Origin: a virus | Lineage: Duplodnaviria; Heunggongvirae; Uroviricota; Caudoviricetes | Virus record (IMG/VR): IMGVR_UViG_3300039008_000325 | Location: 1 to 49,371 of that record | Length of the DNA stretch: 49,371 nt | Strand: one strand, 5' to 3' | Part shown: piece by piece, positions 27,127-36,133 of the stretch | How the letters are laid out: each line of letters starts with the position of its first letter | Position numbering within the stretch: position 1 is the stretch's first letter | Translations under genes and position numbers: made by a program | Notes under the pieces: model-generated | What the model saw: the letters and a program-made list of their open reading frames with translations, nothing else | What the model was told of the DNA's origin: nothing | Database searches by the model: none

Positions 27127-27264
27127 TTATTTGAACATATTAATAATTGATGCAAATAATGCTCCAAAAATTGATAAAAATATTACACAACCTATTACCA
27201 CAATAACAAATTTAATAATACCAACCCATATATCCATAAAAAATTCATAAAGTCTAGTTATCAT
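27127..27264 (-). CDS. small membrane protein (45 aa, not in track)
   Basis: MITRLYEFFMDIWVGIIKFVIVVIGCVIFLSIFGALFASIINMFK; GGAGG SD. Confidence 0.65.
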   Translation of the reverse strand: MITRLYEFFMDIWVGIIKFVIVVIGCVIFLSIFGALFASIINMFK

Positions 27265-27276
27265 AATGACCTCCTA

Positions 27277-27603
27277 TTAGTGAAATTTCATCACTCTTTT
27301 TTGTTTGTATTGTATATAATCACGTTGAACACTATCAATATAATTATAATATTCTTCAGCATTTATAAATGTTATTTGACAAGGAACACTTGACGAAAAT
27401 CTCACAATTTCTTTCTTATAATATCTATCTGAATATAATATAGTGCCAGTGTTATCTGTTTTTACAGCAGGTACAATTTTTACAAAATTATTATAATTAC
27501 ATGATACTTTATATTGTGGTATTACTTGCTTTGGTGTTTCTGTTGCATTTGAATATGATGGAGTTAATATTCCAATCAAAGCTACTAAAAAAATCTTTTT
27601 CAT
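27277..27603 (-). CDS. exported hypothetical protein
   Basis: Signal peptide MKKIFLVALIGILTPSYSNA. Confidence 0.75.
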   Translation of the reverse strand: MKKIFLVALIGILTPSYSNATETPKQVIPQYKVSCNYNNFVKIVPAVKTDNTGTILYSDRYYKKEIVRFSSSVPCQITFINAEEYYNYIDSVQRDYIQYKQKRVMKFH

Positions 27604-27679
27604 TTTAATAATTCCTTTTGTTGTTTCTTTTAATATAAATGTAATATACTATAATTTTAGGTATTAATCAACTGAAAAA

Positions 27680-27845
27680 CAAAAAAAGTGCTCAACTTAT
27701 ATGTATTAGGTAAGTTGAGCTATATTAAAAGACTTAAAAGGATATTAAGTGATATCTAACTATATACATAAATACATTACTCTTTAGCAGTATATAATTA
27801 AACTTATTGTTTTGTCAAACAATGAATGTATTTCTATTCTATAAT
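27680..27845 (-). ncRNA. candidate small RNA B
   Basis: TTGATT-N17-TATTCT at 27877-27849; stems AAAUACAUU/AAUGUAUUU and AUUGUUU/AAACAAU; ends in a 10-bp GCUCAACUUA/UAAGUUGAGC hairpin plus U-run; no credible ORF. Confidence 0.5.
27690..27720 (-). terminator. intrinsic terminator
   Basis: 10-bp stem followed by ACTTTTTTT. Confidence 0.75.
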
Positions 27846-27879
27846 ATAAGAATATATTCTTATTTTTGAAAAATCAAGT

Positions 27880-28025
27880 AAAAAATAACCCAACACGCAT
27901 ATATTAGACGGTTGGGTGGGAAAGGAGGAGAGGGGAGAAGATAATAACTAGCCTAAATATATTGTTTCTAACAGATAGCTATCAATCTCTGAAATGAATT
28001 TATTATCTTAATATTGAAATTCATA
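27880..28025 (-). ncRNA. candidate small RNA A with anti-SD tract
   Basis: TTGATT-N16-TAATAT at 28059-28032; CUUCUCCCCUCUCCUCCUUUCCC at 27940-27918; ACCCAAC/GUUGGGU hairpin plus U-run. Confidence 0.55.
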
Positions 28026-28062
28026 AATATAATATTACTATAAAGAAATAATAAATCAACTA

Positions 28063-28095
28063 AAAAAGGAGAAAAAATTAACTTTTCTCCTTTTT
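28063..28095. terminator. bidirectional-type intrinsic terminator after the TerD-domain gene
   Basis: AAAAAGGAGAAAA/TTTTCTCCTTTTT 13-bp inverted repeat. Confidence 0.8.
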
Positions 28096-28117
28096 ATCAA
28101 TAAATCTGTAAGTTTGA

Positions 28118-30328
28118 TTACATTAAATTTCCTAAAATATAATCAACATCTGTAGGTTTTATATCACCTTCTTCTAGTCCAAAACAGATATCTGCTTCTT
28201 CCCTATCTTCAGTGAATATTGACTTCTTTTGACCTTCCACATTTAATTTAACTAAATCAAATAGTTTTAATTTCTTTAAATTAGCGAATGAAGCTGCAAC
28301 TTCAGAATCATTTAATCTAGAATTACTTGCATTGATTCCAGGAAAATTACCTCTACCAGAATAATCAACCCAAATATATTCCATTGTCTTCATATCAATA
28401 ATAACAGATATATTATTATTTGAATTAGATTCTAAGATTACTTTTTCTTTTACTGTTTTAGGTTCAAATATTTCACCTGATTTTAAATCATTTCTCAACA
28501 TGAATCCGCAATAAGCTTCACCACCATTTTCATGAATAAATCTAAATGATTGACCAGTGTATACTTTGTTAGTAATCACAACATATCTATATCTCTTATC
28601 TTTATATTGTTCAGTTTCTTTTAACTTTGCAATATCAATATCAACATATTCTGCTGCTCCAGATGGTGCATTTGTAATATCTCCAGACATTGCTGTGTAT
28701 TCTCCAGATCTTTGATTATAATAAGCACAAGATTCAATTAATTTAAAATCTTCATCTAAGAAAGATGCACTTAAATCAATATCGACTCTTTCTGTGTCTG
28801 TATTTTTCCAATATACAAAACCTCTGACAACATTTTTATCTTCAGGTATTTTAAATCTACTACCTCTAGGTAAATTAGCTCTTTGAGTACTGTTTGAAAA
28901 TGGAACATAAACACCTTCTAAAGCTGGATCAAAGTAAACTTTACCAAAACCTTCTTTTTCTTGGAATCTTGTTTTTAATTCATTTTCACAAGCTATTTGA
29001 ATTCTTTCTAGAATACCAGCTACACCAAATATACCACCCCAATTTAACATATCTTTATTTCTTTTAACAAAGATTTTTTCACAACCTCTGATGAAATATG
29101 TATTATTATCAATATATGTACATCTAGTGTAAAGATCTAATAAACATTTTGTTGAAACATCACCAATAACACCTTTGAAGACATCTAAACAACTTCCATT
29201 ATTAATAGTTAAGTTAACAATATGTCTTGCTAGTTCAGTTGGTTTTTCTGATAATATTCTAGCAGCATCTAAATATTCACCTTTTTCTAGATTCATTTCA
29301 TATAAAGTGTTATTAGTAACAAATTTCATACTATTATAAACACAATCAAATACTTTATTTACATTTCTAAATTGTTTATAGCGTCTTACATGCCACTTTT
29401 CATTAATTCTTTTCCATCTGTTTCTATGATTCAACATATCATTCATATGTTTCTCATATGAAACTTCTAATAATACTTCTAATCTATTTAAGAATTTTCT
29501 TATTATAGGTCTTTTTATATTAACGAATTTAGTGTTTTCTATTAATGTAGTATCTCCATCACTCATATATGTATATAATTTTAATATATCAGTAGGTGAT
29601 CTTAATTCATTAAATGTTCTATTTTCATATCTTTCAGCTTTTAAAAATTCATTAATTACAAATAATTTAGTATCTTTATTAACCATACTTTCGAACAACT
29701 CATTTAATTCATTACCATTGAATGGCATATGAGTTGTAGATAATAAATAATCCTTAACATAATGTTTTTGATTATCATTTAATGATAATGAAGATTTTAG
29801 TAAGTTCTTCATAGAATCAATATAATCAGCAAAAGAAGCGTACTCAATAACCTTTGGTTTATAGTTACCAATTAATGGGAATCTTGTTTTTATTTCTTGT
29901 GTAATTTCAAGTTTTGCATTAAGAAAATATGTTGCAAGATAACTCATATATTGAGTGTAATATAGTTGTGATTCTTGCATAGTCAATACATCTTCAGGAA
30001 AGTTTTCCCACATAGGTTTATATTTAGCACCTGATTTTCTTTTAATTTCTTCATCTAAGAATTTATGGATTTTTTTAATATTATAAAATGATTTAGATAA
30101 GTCATTTATAATTGTATTTGATAATGTGTAACCATAGTGTTCAAGATACTTTAATAAAGCAGCTATTTCCCAAGCTCTTTCTTTTGTTATTTTTAGATCT
30201 TCATCAGAATTACTTTGTAATATGTCCATGTTATGTTTATCATTATCAGTATATTTTGTACCTGAATCAATAAATTGCATATGATCTAATTTTAATTTTT
30301 CTCTAAATAAATATTCATTAATTAACAT
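28118..30328 (-). CDS. large helical N-terminal domain + C-terminal TerD-like domain protein
   Basis: C-terminal YWKN...RVDIDLSA...SGDITNAPSGAAEYVDID is TerD-like; N-terminal ~480 aa helical (SPTDILK, RWKRINE, KPTELAR); TROVE-like identity is only inferred. Confidence 0.8.
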   Translation of the reverse strand: MLINEYLFREKLKLDHMQFIDSGTKYTDNDKHNMDILQSNSDEDLKITKERAWEIAALLKYLEHYGYTLSNTIINDLSKSFYNIKKIHKFLDEEIKRKSGAKYKPMWENFPEDVLTMQESQLYYTQYMSYLATYFLNAKLEITQEIKTRFPLIGNYKPKVIEYASFADYIDSMKNLLKSSLSLNDNQKHYVKDYLLSTTHMPFNGNELNELFESMVNKDTKLFVINEFLKAERYENRTFNELRSPTDILKLYTYMSDGDTTLIENTKFVNIKRPIIRKFLNRLEVLLEVSYEKHMNDMLNHRNRWKRINEKWHVRRYKQFRNVNKVFDCVYNSMKFVTNNTLYEMNLEKGEYLDAARILSEKPTELARHIVNLTINNGSCLDVFKGVIGDVSTKCLLDLYTRCTYIDNNTYFIRGCEKIFVKRNKDMLNWGGIFGVAGILERIQIACENELKTRFQEKEGFGKVYFDPALEGVYVPFSNSTQRANLPRGSRFKIPEDKNVVRGFVYWKNTDTERVDIDLSASFLDEDFKLIESCAYYNQRSGEYTAMSGDITNAPSGAAEYVDIDIAKLKETEQYKDKRYRYVVITNKVYTGQSFRFIHENGGEAYCGFMLRNDLKSGEIFEPKTVKEKVILESNSNNNISVIIDMKTMEYIWVDYSGRGNFPGINASNSRLNDSEVAASFANLKKLKLFDLVKLNVEGQKKSIFTEDREEADICFGLEEGDIKPTDVDYILGNLM

Positions 30329-30354
30329 TTTAACTCTCCTTTATATAATGTTAA

Positions 30355-30502
30355 TGTGATAATTGAGATCAGTATATCTTAGCTGCTCTACCAAACTGAG
30401 CTACTTCCCCATAGTAAAAATAATATGGTGGGGAAGGATGGAATTGAACCACCGACACGCTACTTTCACGTAACAGATGAAGGAACCAATCTCATATTCA
30501 CA
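30355..30502 (-). ncRNA. Y-RNA-like (YrlA-type) RNA with permuted tRNA-like domain, module 3
   Basis: Terminal stem UGUGA-AUA-UGAGAUUGGU / ACUGAUCUCA..UAUCACA enclosing T-arm GGUGG-UUCAAUU-CCAUC, acceptor CUUCCCC-ACCA, 15-nt linker, GGGGAAG and D-arm AGCUCAGUUUGGUAGAGC. Confidence 0.75.
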
Positions 30503-30508
30503 AATGTT

Positions 30509-30533
30509 GAAACCTGAGAGCGACTCAGGTTTC
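30509..30533. other. spacer hairpin between Y-like modules
   Basis: 10-bp GAAACCTGAG/CTCAGGTTTC stem. Confidence 0.65.
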
Positions 30534-30538
30534 TTTTC

Positions 30539-30614
30539 GTTGTATGATTATAATCAGTAATTTACTATTGTCCTGATAATTGTGTTTATGAAGGAACCAA
30601 TTATATATTACAAC
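30539..30614 (-). ncRNA. Y-RNA-like module 2
   Basis: GUUGUA/UACAAC and AUAAUUGGU/ACUGAUUAU stems; shares AUUGGUUCCUUCAU with module 3. Confidence 0.6.
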
Positions 30615-30620
30615 TTACTC

Positions 30621-30719
30621 AATACAGATTTTAATATGTGATGATTATTTCCACTAAGTTAATTTGTTTAAAAGACAAAGATTCTAGAAGGAAGTAAAAA
30701 TATATTCACAATCTGTATT
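30621..30719 (-). ncRNA. Y-RNA-like module 1
   Basis: 10-bp AAUACAGAUU/AAUCUGUAUU stem, GUGA/UCAC, shared UGUGAAUAU and UUCCUUC motifs. Confidence 0.6.
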
Positions 30720-30728
30720 ACCCTTTTT

Positions 30729-30756
30729 ATTATATAGAAAAAATATTTTAATTCAA
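30729..30756 (-). promoter_or_regulatory. promoter TTGAAT-N16-TATAAT driving the RNA array
   Basis: Predicted start falls a few nt before module 1. Confidence 0.65.
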
Positions 30757-30770
30757 CTATATATTATTTT

Positions 30771-31325
30771 TTATCTATAGTGTACACCATCTTTAATTAC
30801 ACTCTTACATCTACTAGCATATCTCCAGTTATAAGGTTGTTGAACTAAGACAAATCTATGACCATAATTTTTTATTTCATTAGGATTATCTTCAATAATT
30901 AAATGATATCTAGAATAATCCTTTTGATCATCCATATCACAGAATTTAATCATGCAAGGATATTTATCTAATTCCATATATTTCTCTAAAAATTTTCTTT
31001 TAGATGTTCTATGTTTTACAGGTGTCTTAGTATAAAATGTTACAAATAGTTGATTACGACTTACCTTATGAAAATTAATTAAATCTCTCTTAATAAGTTC
31101 TCCATTTTCAGATAGTACTAAATCATCATAGAATGTTTCATCATTTTCAAAATCATCCCAGAATGTATCTAGAAATTCTTGATCATAACCATGCTTTTTT
31201 AACACATCTGTTATTTTATATTCATCAACATCTTCTGGTGTTATAGATAATTTTTTATGTTTGAAATATTTTTCAGCTATCTCAACTAATACTCCATCGA
31301 CGTCAATTGCTATATTAAAAAGCAT
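30771..31325 (-). CDS. HAD-family 5'(3')-deoxyribonucleotidase-like protein
   Basis: IAIDVDGVL, YTKTP, IIEDNP, QPYN. Confidence 0.8.
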   Translation of the reverse strand: MLFNIAIDVDGVLVEIAEKYFKHKKLSITPEDVDEYKITDVLKKHGYDQEFLDTFWDDFENDETFYDDLVLSENGELIKRDLINFHKVSRNQLFVTFYTKTPVKHRTSKRKFLEKYMELDKYPCMIKFCDMDDQKDYSRYHLIIEDNPNEIKNYGHRFVLVQQPYNWRYASRCKSVIKDGVHYR

Positions 31326-31335
31326 GATTACTCTC

Positions 31336-33111
31336 CTATAATTTTGTTATTTCACTAAATCCTTGTGAATTCTGAACTATTTGAAATACATTATCAAAGT
31401 ACTCTTCTTTAAGATTTCTATGACTTATGATAAATATATTTAAGTTCTCTTGTTCATTTAATATCTTTAATAAGTTTTCAACACCTTCATTATCTAAACC
31501 TGCATCTAATATTTCATCTACAAATATTAAATTAGTTGATACTGAGTTATTGATCTTACCAATATATAACCAAGATAACAATAGTGATAAATCAATTCTT
31601 TGTTTTTGTCCAAAAGATAAACTATTATAATTTGTTTCTCTTCCTTCTCTAACAATCTTATCATCGAATACACTATTTAATTCAAATACACAATCCAATC
31701 CCAATTTATTTACATAATAATTAGTTCTTTCATTAATAATATCCACATATTTATTAATAATAGTTGCTTTAATACCTTTATCAGATAAATAAGCTGACAT
31801 TTTCTTCATAATATCAATTTTTTCTTGCAATTCAACTTTTGTTTTCTTATAATTTTCAGCTTCTAAATTATATTGTGCTACTTTTTCTTTATATTCAGCA
31901 ATACTAGCTTCTTCAGTATTGTCAGAATTATTAGCTGATTTAAGAGTTTCAATTTCATTAATTACAGAAATAATTGATTGTTCTTGTAATGTAATCTTTG
32001 TTTGAATTGTTCTTTGTGTAGAATTAAATGATTCAATCTTACGAGTTAACTCAATATTAATTTCTGTTTCTTTATTAATATCTTCTAATCTATCATTAAC
32101 TTTTTGAATATCACCTGTCAGTGTTTGAATATCACTAGTATTTTTAGAAAGAATATTATCTTTATAGTTAGTGTCAATTACTTGATGACAAGTTGGACAT
32201 GTTTCATTATTAGCTAAGAAATCATTTTGTTTTACTAACATACTCTTTTCACTGTTTTTAGTAGCTAATATAGTATTACCTTTTTGTTTTCTTTCATTTA
32301 AAACATTAACAGCTTCTCTTATAGTATTAATATCGGTATCAATAATATCAGCATTATCAGTCTTACATTGTTCTAAAGATGCTTTTAATTCAACTTCCGT
32401 TTCTCTAAGACTAACTAATCTAGATTCTATTTGTTTAATTTCTTCATCTCTCATATTCTCTTTAAGTTTTTTACTATCTAATATTAATTGAGTTTTATCA
32501 ATAATACTAGAGTAATCTTCTATTCTATTGTTTAGAGTGTTTAGAGAATTAGTAGTATCTTGAAAAGATTTATTTACTTTACTAGTGAGATCTTTTAGTT
32601 TAACGTTTAATTCTGATAATAAGTCCAATGATAGAATACTTTCAACTAAAGATCTTCTTTCTGGAGCACTTAAATCTAAGAATTTTGAATATTTAGAATT
32701 TAATAATATCATTTGTAAAAATGTTTTTTCATCAATCTTAATAATATCCATTAAACGTTTTTGATATAAAGCAACACTAGATTCTTGATCAATTAATTTA
32801 CCATTTTCATATATTTCAAATGTATCTGGTTTAATACCTCTAATTACTTTATAATCTTTTCCATTTGCTATGAAATCTAATTCAGTGTAAAGTTGTTTTT
32901 TATTTTTATTATTAATAATATCAGCTTTTTTAATTTTTCCAATAGCTTTACCAAATAAGTTAAAATATAAACTTTCTTGAATACTAGATTTACCCATTCC
33001 GTTTGTACCAACGATTAAGTTTGTACCACCATCTGAAAGATTAATTTCAGATAAAGTATTTCCATAACTTTTAAAGTTCTTAAATTTTAAAGTTTTAAAT
33101 GTTATTCTCAT
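31336..33111 (-). CDS. gp46: T4 gp46-like recombination endonuclease ATPase (SbcC/Rad50)
   Basis: FKNFKSYGN, GTNGMGKS, CPTC zinc hook, LSFGQKQRIDL, FVDEILD. Confidence 0.93.
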   Translation of the reverse strand: MRITFKTLKFKNFKSYGNTLSEINLSDGGTNLIVGTNGMGKSSIQESLYFNLFGKAIGKIKKADIINNKNKKQLYTELDFIANGKDYKVIRGIKPDTFEIYENGKLIDQESSVALYQKRLMDIIKIDEKTFLQMILLNSKYSKFLDLSAPERRSLVESILSLDLLSELNVKLKDLTSKVNKSFQDTTNSLNTLNNRIEDYSSIIDKTQLILDSKKLKENMRDEEIKQIESRLVSLRETEVELKASLEQCKTDNADIIDTDINTIREAVNVLNERKQKGNTILATKNSEKSMLVKQNDFLANNETCPTCHQVIDTNYKDNILSKNTSDIQTLTGDIQKVNDRLEDINKETEINIELTRKIESFNSTQRTIQTKITLQEQSIISVINEIETLKSANNSDNTEEASIAEYKEKVAQYNLEAENYKKTKVELQEKIDIMKKMSAYLSDKGIKATIINKYVDIINERTNYYVNKLGLDCVFELNSVFDDKIVREGRETNYNSLSFGQKQRIDLSLLLSWLYIGKINNSVSTNLIFVDEILDAGLDNEGVENLLKILNEQENLNIFIISHRNLKEEYFDNVFQIVQNSQGFSEITKL

Positions 33112-33494
33112 AATAATCCCATCTCTCTTCTTACTTTTAATTTATCTTTGATCTCATTATATTGTTCTATTGACATAAGTTTCAAGTATTGTTTAGATAT
33201 ATTTTCATTAACTTTATAATAATCTGAAATATCCTCTAACATCTTATCTTCATCTTTTTTAACTTTAAATTTACAGAAGTAACTTTTTTCCGGAATAATA
33301 TCTTTCAAAAAGTTATAATGTTGTTCATCTGTTATTTGATATTGAGTTATTTCTTCAATAATCTCAATAATCTCATGAAAATTTGAAAAATAACTATTAA
33401 TCATAGTTTGACTGTAAGCTTTTTTGAAACTAGGATCCCAATCACATTTAAATTGCGTGATATTTTTTATAATATCAAAAATGTTTAGTTTCAT
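33108..33494 (-). CDS. gp62: clamp loader small subunit (gp62-like)
   Basis: IFDIIKNI...YSQTMINSYFS...HYNFL; directly follows gp44. Confidence 0.75.
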   Translation of the reverse strand: MKLNIFDIIKNITQFKCDWDPSFKKAYSQTMINSYFSNFHEIIEIIEEITQYQITDEQHYNFLKDIIPEKSYFCKFKVKKDEDKMLEDISDYYKVNENISKQYLKLMSIEQYNEIKDKLKVRREMGLL

Positions 33495-33504
33495 TTTAAT
33501 CTCC

Positions 33505-34440
33505 TTACCAATCTGACATAATTTCAGTTAAACAAGCTAATAATGATATCTCTTTATTACCTACAATACTTCTATTCTCATATTTACTTATAATTAATAT
33601 AATTGATATTTTTAATTTAGATGTTTCTGCAATTTCTTTATATAATACATCATATAAATCTTTATAAACTCTAGTGTTAAAACTATTATTTCTTACCCAT
33701 TCTTTAATCATTTTATAATTTTTAGATTTAATATAATCAACAATCGGTGCATATAAAGATTCTTTTGTTTCAGAAATATACTCATTAACTCTACCAGTTG
33801 CATTATATATTTCTTGCAACTTAGATATGATTGATCTAATATCTGGAAATGCATCTTGTATTATATTAGTAACAGTTCTTTTATCATAATCAATGTTAGA
33901 TTGTTCTAATATATTAAACATTCTTTTTTGAATATTTTTTGCAATTACCAATCTTTCATCAAATTTAATATTAAAATCTATAATTGGACATCTTGAAATT
34001 AAAGGTTCAATTATTCTTTCTTTATAGTTACAAGTTAAAATGAAACTACAATTATTATGAAATTGCTCTATCATACCTCTTAAAGCTGGCATTGCAGAAT
34101 TAATTGTTAAATAATCAGCTTCATCAATAATAATAACTTTCTTCTTTCCATTAAAAGATTGTGTCATACAGAATGTCTCTACTTTATTTCTTAACATGTC
34201 GATTCCATTTTCTTTAGAACCATTTAAGAAAAGATGTTCACGATCTAACACTTTAACTAGTAACTTAGCTATAGTTGTTTTTCCTGAACCTGGTTGACTA
34301 CTATATAATGTCATATTAGGTATATTATCAGTTTTGATCATATTATCAAATTTTGATCTTAAACTATCTGATATTACTACATCTTCTAATTTCGTTGGTC
34401 TCCAACGTTCTGCCCAAATTTCTTCATTAACTAAAGACAT
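33505..34440 (-). CDS. gp44: clamp loader large subunit (gp44-like)
   Basis: WAERWRP, PGSGKTT, IIIDEAD, FILTCNY, PLISRC, PDIR. Confidence 0.93.
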   Translation of the reverse strand: MSLVNEEIWAERWRPTKLEDVVISDSLRSKFDNMIKTDNIPNMTLYSSQPGSGKTTIAKLLVKVLDREHLFLNGSKENGIDMLRNKVETFCMTQSFNGKKKVIIIDEADYLTINSAMPALRGMIEQFHNNCSFILTCNYKERIIEPLISRCPIIDFNIKFDERLVIAKNIQKRMFNILEQSNIDYDKRTVTNIIQDAFPDIRSIISKLQEIYNATGRVNEYISETKESLYAPIVDYIKSKNYKMIKEWVRNNSFNTRVYKDLYDVLYKEIAETSKLKISIILIISKYENRSIVGNKEISLLACLTEIMSDW

Positions 34441-34458
34441 TCTATTTTCCTCACTTTC

Positions 34459-34662
34459 TTATAAACAAAGTAATAATACAATAAGTAATCTTACTATTGG
34501 ATCTACTATTTTTAATCTTAATTTATCTACAGTATTACGTGGCACACTTGATAATAACAAATCAATAGTAATAAAAAATAATACTACTATTGATGATGCT
34601 ATTACTGTTATCGGTGCCATATATATTGCTAAATAATATAATATATATTGGTATGGTAACAT
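34459..34662 (-). CDS. possible small membrane protein
   Basis: Hydrophobic 67-aa ORF. Confidence 0.55.
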   Translation of the reverse strand: MLPYQYILYYLAIYMAPITVIASSIVVLFFITIDLLLSSVPRNTVDKLRLKIVDPIVRLLIVLLLCL

Positions 34663-34663
34663 A

Positions 34664-35056
34664 TTAATCTCCTAAGTCCAACTTATGTTTTGTAGCTTCG
34701 TTTTCATTTGCGTTTGTTTCTTCATCTAATAAATTAGGATTATTTTTTAACGCTGTAATTACTGAATATTGACCATAAGCTGCACCTTCTGAAAATGCTT
34801 TTAATACATCTTCACCTACAGAATATACTTCTTTATCTACATCAGCTTCATCAAGTAATTCATCAATCATCAATTGTTTCTTATCACCATCAGTGTCAAC
34901 GATATTCATTGAATGATAAACAACACCAAACGGGTTTTCTATATTTTGTTCTTTTAAAATTCCAATTGATATTAGTATATGTTTTTCACCAACATTTTGT
35001 AATTTTTGAAACACTGGTGTTAATAATTTACCCATATCTACTTTTTTCTCTGTCAT
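34664..35056 (-). CDS. hypothetical acidic protein
   Basis: 130-aa ORF with GAGG SD. Confidence 0.75.
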   Translation of the reverse strand: MTEKKVDMGKLLTPVFQKLQNVGEKHILISIGILKEQNIENPFGVVYHSMNIVDTDGDKKQLMIDELLDEADVDKEVYSVGEDVLKAFSEGAAYGQYSVITALKNNPNLLDEETNANENEATKHKLDLGD

Positions 35057-35071
35057 GTTTTTTCCTCTCTT

Positions 35072-36133
35072 TTAATCTAATACAGTTAATTCTGCTTCTT
35101 GATCTAATTGTTCTTCCATATCATATACAGTATCATTTTGATTACCGTAATTGAAGTTTTGTTTTACCCAATAATTTATTTTTTCTAAAATTTCAGGTGT
35201 AAAATATTTTTCAGGTTCTCTATAAATTGCTTTACTTTGAGCTTTTGCATCATGTCCTTCAAATTGTACCCATGATCCAGATTTTTTAGCTACACCAGCT
35301 TCAATCGCAAACTCAATCATACCACTCCATTTTTCTAAACCTTTTTCATATGTATTTGTAATAACAACTACTTGATTTTCTTTTGATAACCTTGATTTAA
35401 ATGTCTTACATCTAATGTTAGATCCAATCACATCTAATCCAGATTTATGTTTTGATTTAGTCATAGTTAATATTAAATTAGGGAAATATTTAACACCATT
35501 TCCACCTGAAATAGCTTTTTCATAACCCATGCCACCAATATTTTCATATACATGACCACAAGTAATTAAACAAACATTCTTTTCACCTGCAAGATAAGTC
35601 ATATTTCTAATTAAAGCATTTGTTTCTTGAGCTTTAGTCATATCTTTTTTATCATTTCTATTTCTAATATCATCTATTTCTTTCTTAGAAACCATTGCAC
35701 CAATTGAATCAACAACAATACAAAGTTGTGGACTGGTTTTACCTTCTTCAATTGAATCCATAATTTCAATTAAATCTTGTTTTAATGCATGTATTTCATT
35801 CGTATGAGAAATAATACATCTATCAGTATCTAAACCTCTTTTTTCTAAATCATCCATAGTTATTGCATGTTCAGTATCTACATAATAAAGAAGTGCATCT
35901 TCATATTTTTGTAAAAATTGATGACCAGCATTAATCGCTAATAATGATTTACCAACAGAACTTTCTGCAGCTAAATGTGTTAATCCACCTGTTCTGAAAC
36001 CACCAAAGATATCTCCAGATATAAGTGCATTTAAAGTAAAACAACCAGAATCAAAGAATTCATAATTTTGATAAACTTTACCACCTTCAATCTTCTTAAT
36101 CGTCTTTAATAATTTATTTTTGTCCATTGACAT
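35072..36133 (-). CDS. uvsX: UvsX/RecA-like recombinase
   Basis: DSGCFTLNALISG, AAESSVGKS, YVDTE, VVDSIG, DMTKA, SGGNG, KSRL. Confidence 0.93.
   Translation of the reverse strand: MSMDKNKLLKTIKKIEGGKVYQNYEFFDSGCFTLNALISGDIFGGFRTGGLTHLAAESSVGKSLLAINAGHQFLQKYEDALLYYVDTEHAITMDDLEKRGLDTDRCIISHTNEIHALKQDLIEIMDSIEEGKTSPQLCIVVDSIGAMVSKKEIDDIRNRNDKKDMTKAQETNALIRNMTYLAGEKNVCLITCGHVYENIGGMGYEKAISGGNGVKYFPNLILTMTKSKHKSGLDVIGSNIRCKTFKSRLSKENQVVVITNTYEKGLEKWSGMIEFAIEAGVAKKSGSWVQFEGHDAKAQSKAIYREPEKYFTPEILEKINYWVKQNFNYGNQNDTVYDMEEQLDQEAELTVLD

Noticed and set aside
30380-30475. A conventional tRNA gene
   Set aside because: The 3' half lies upstream of the 5' half and the anticodon-like loop is 6 nt; reported as a permuted tRNA-like domain instead
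30355-30719. CRISPR array
   Set aside because: Only short partial motifs are shared, each unit is self-complementary end to end, and no cas genes are present
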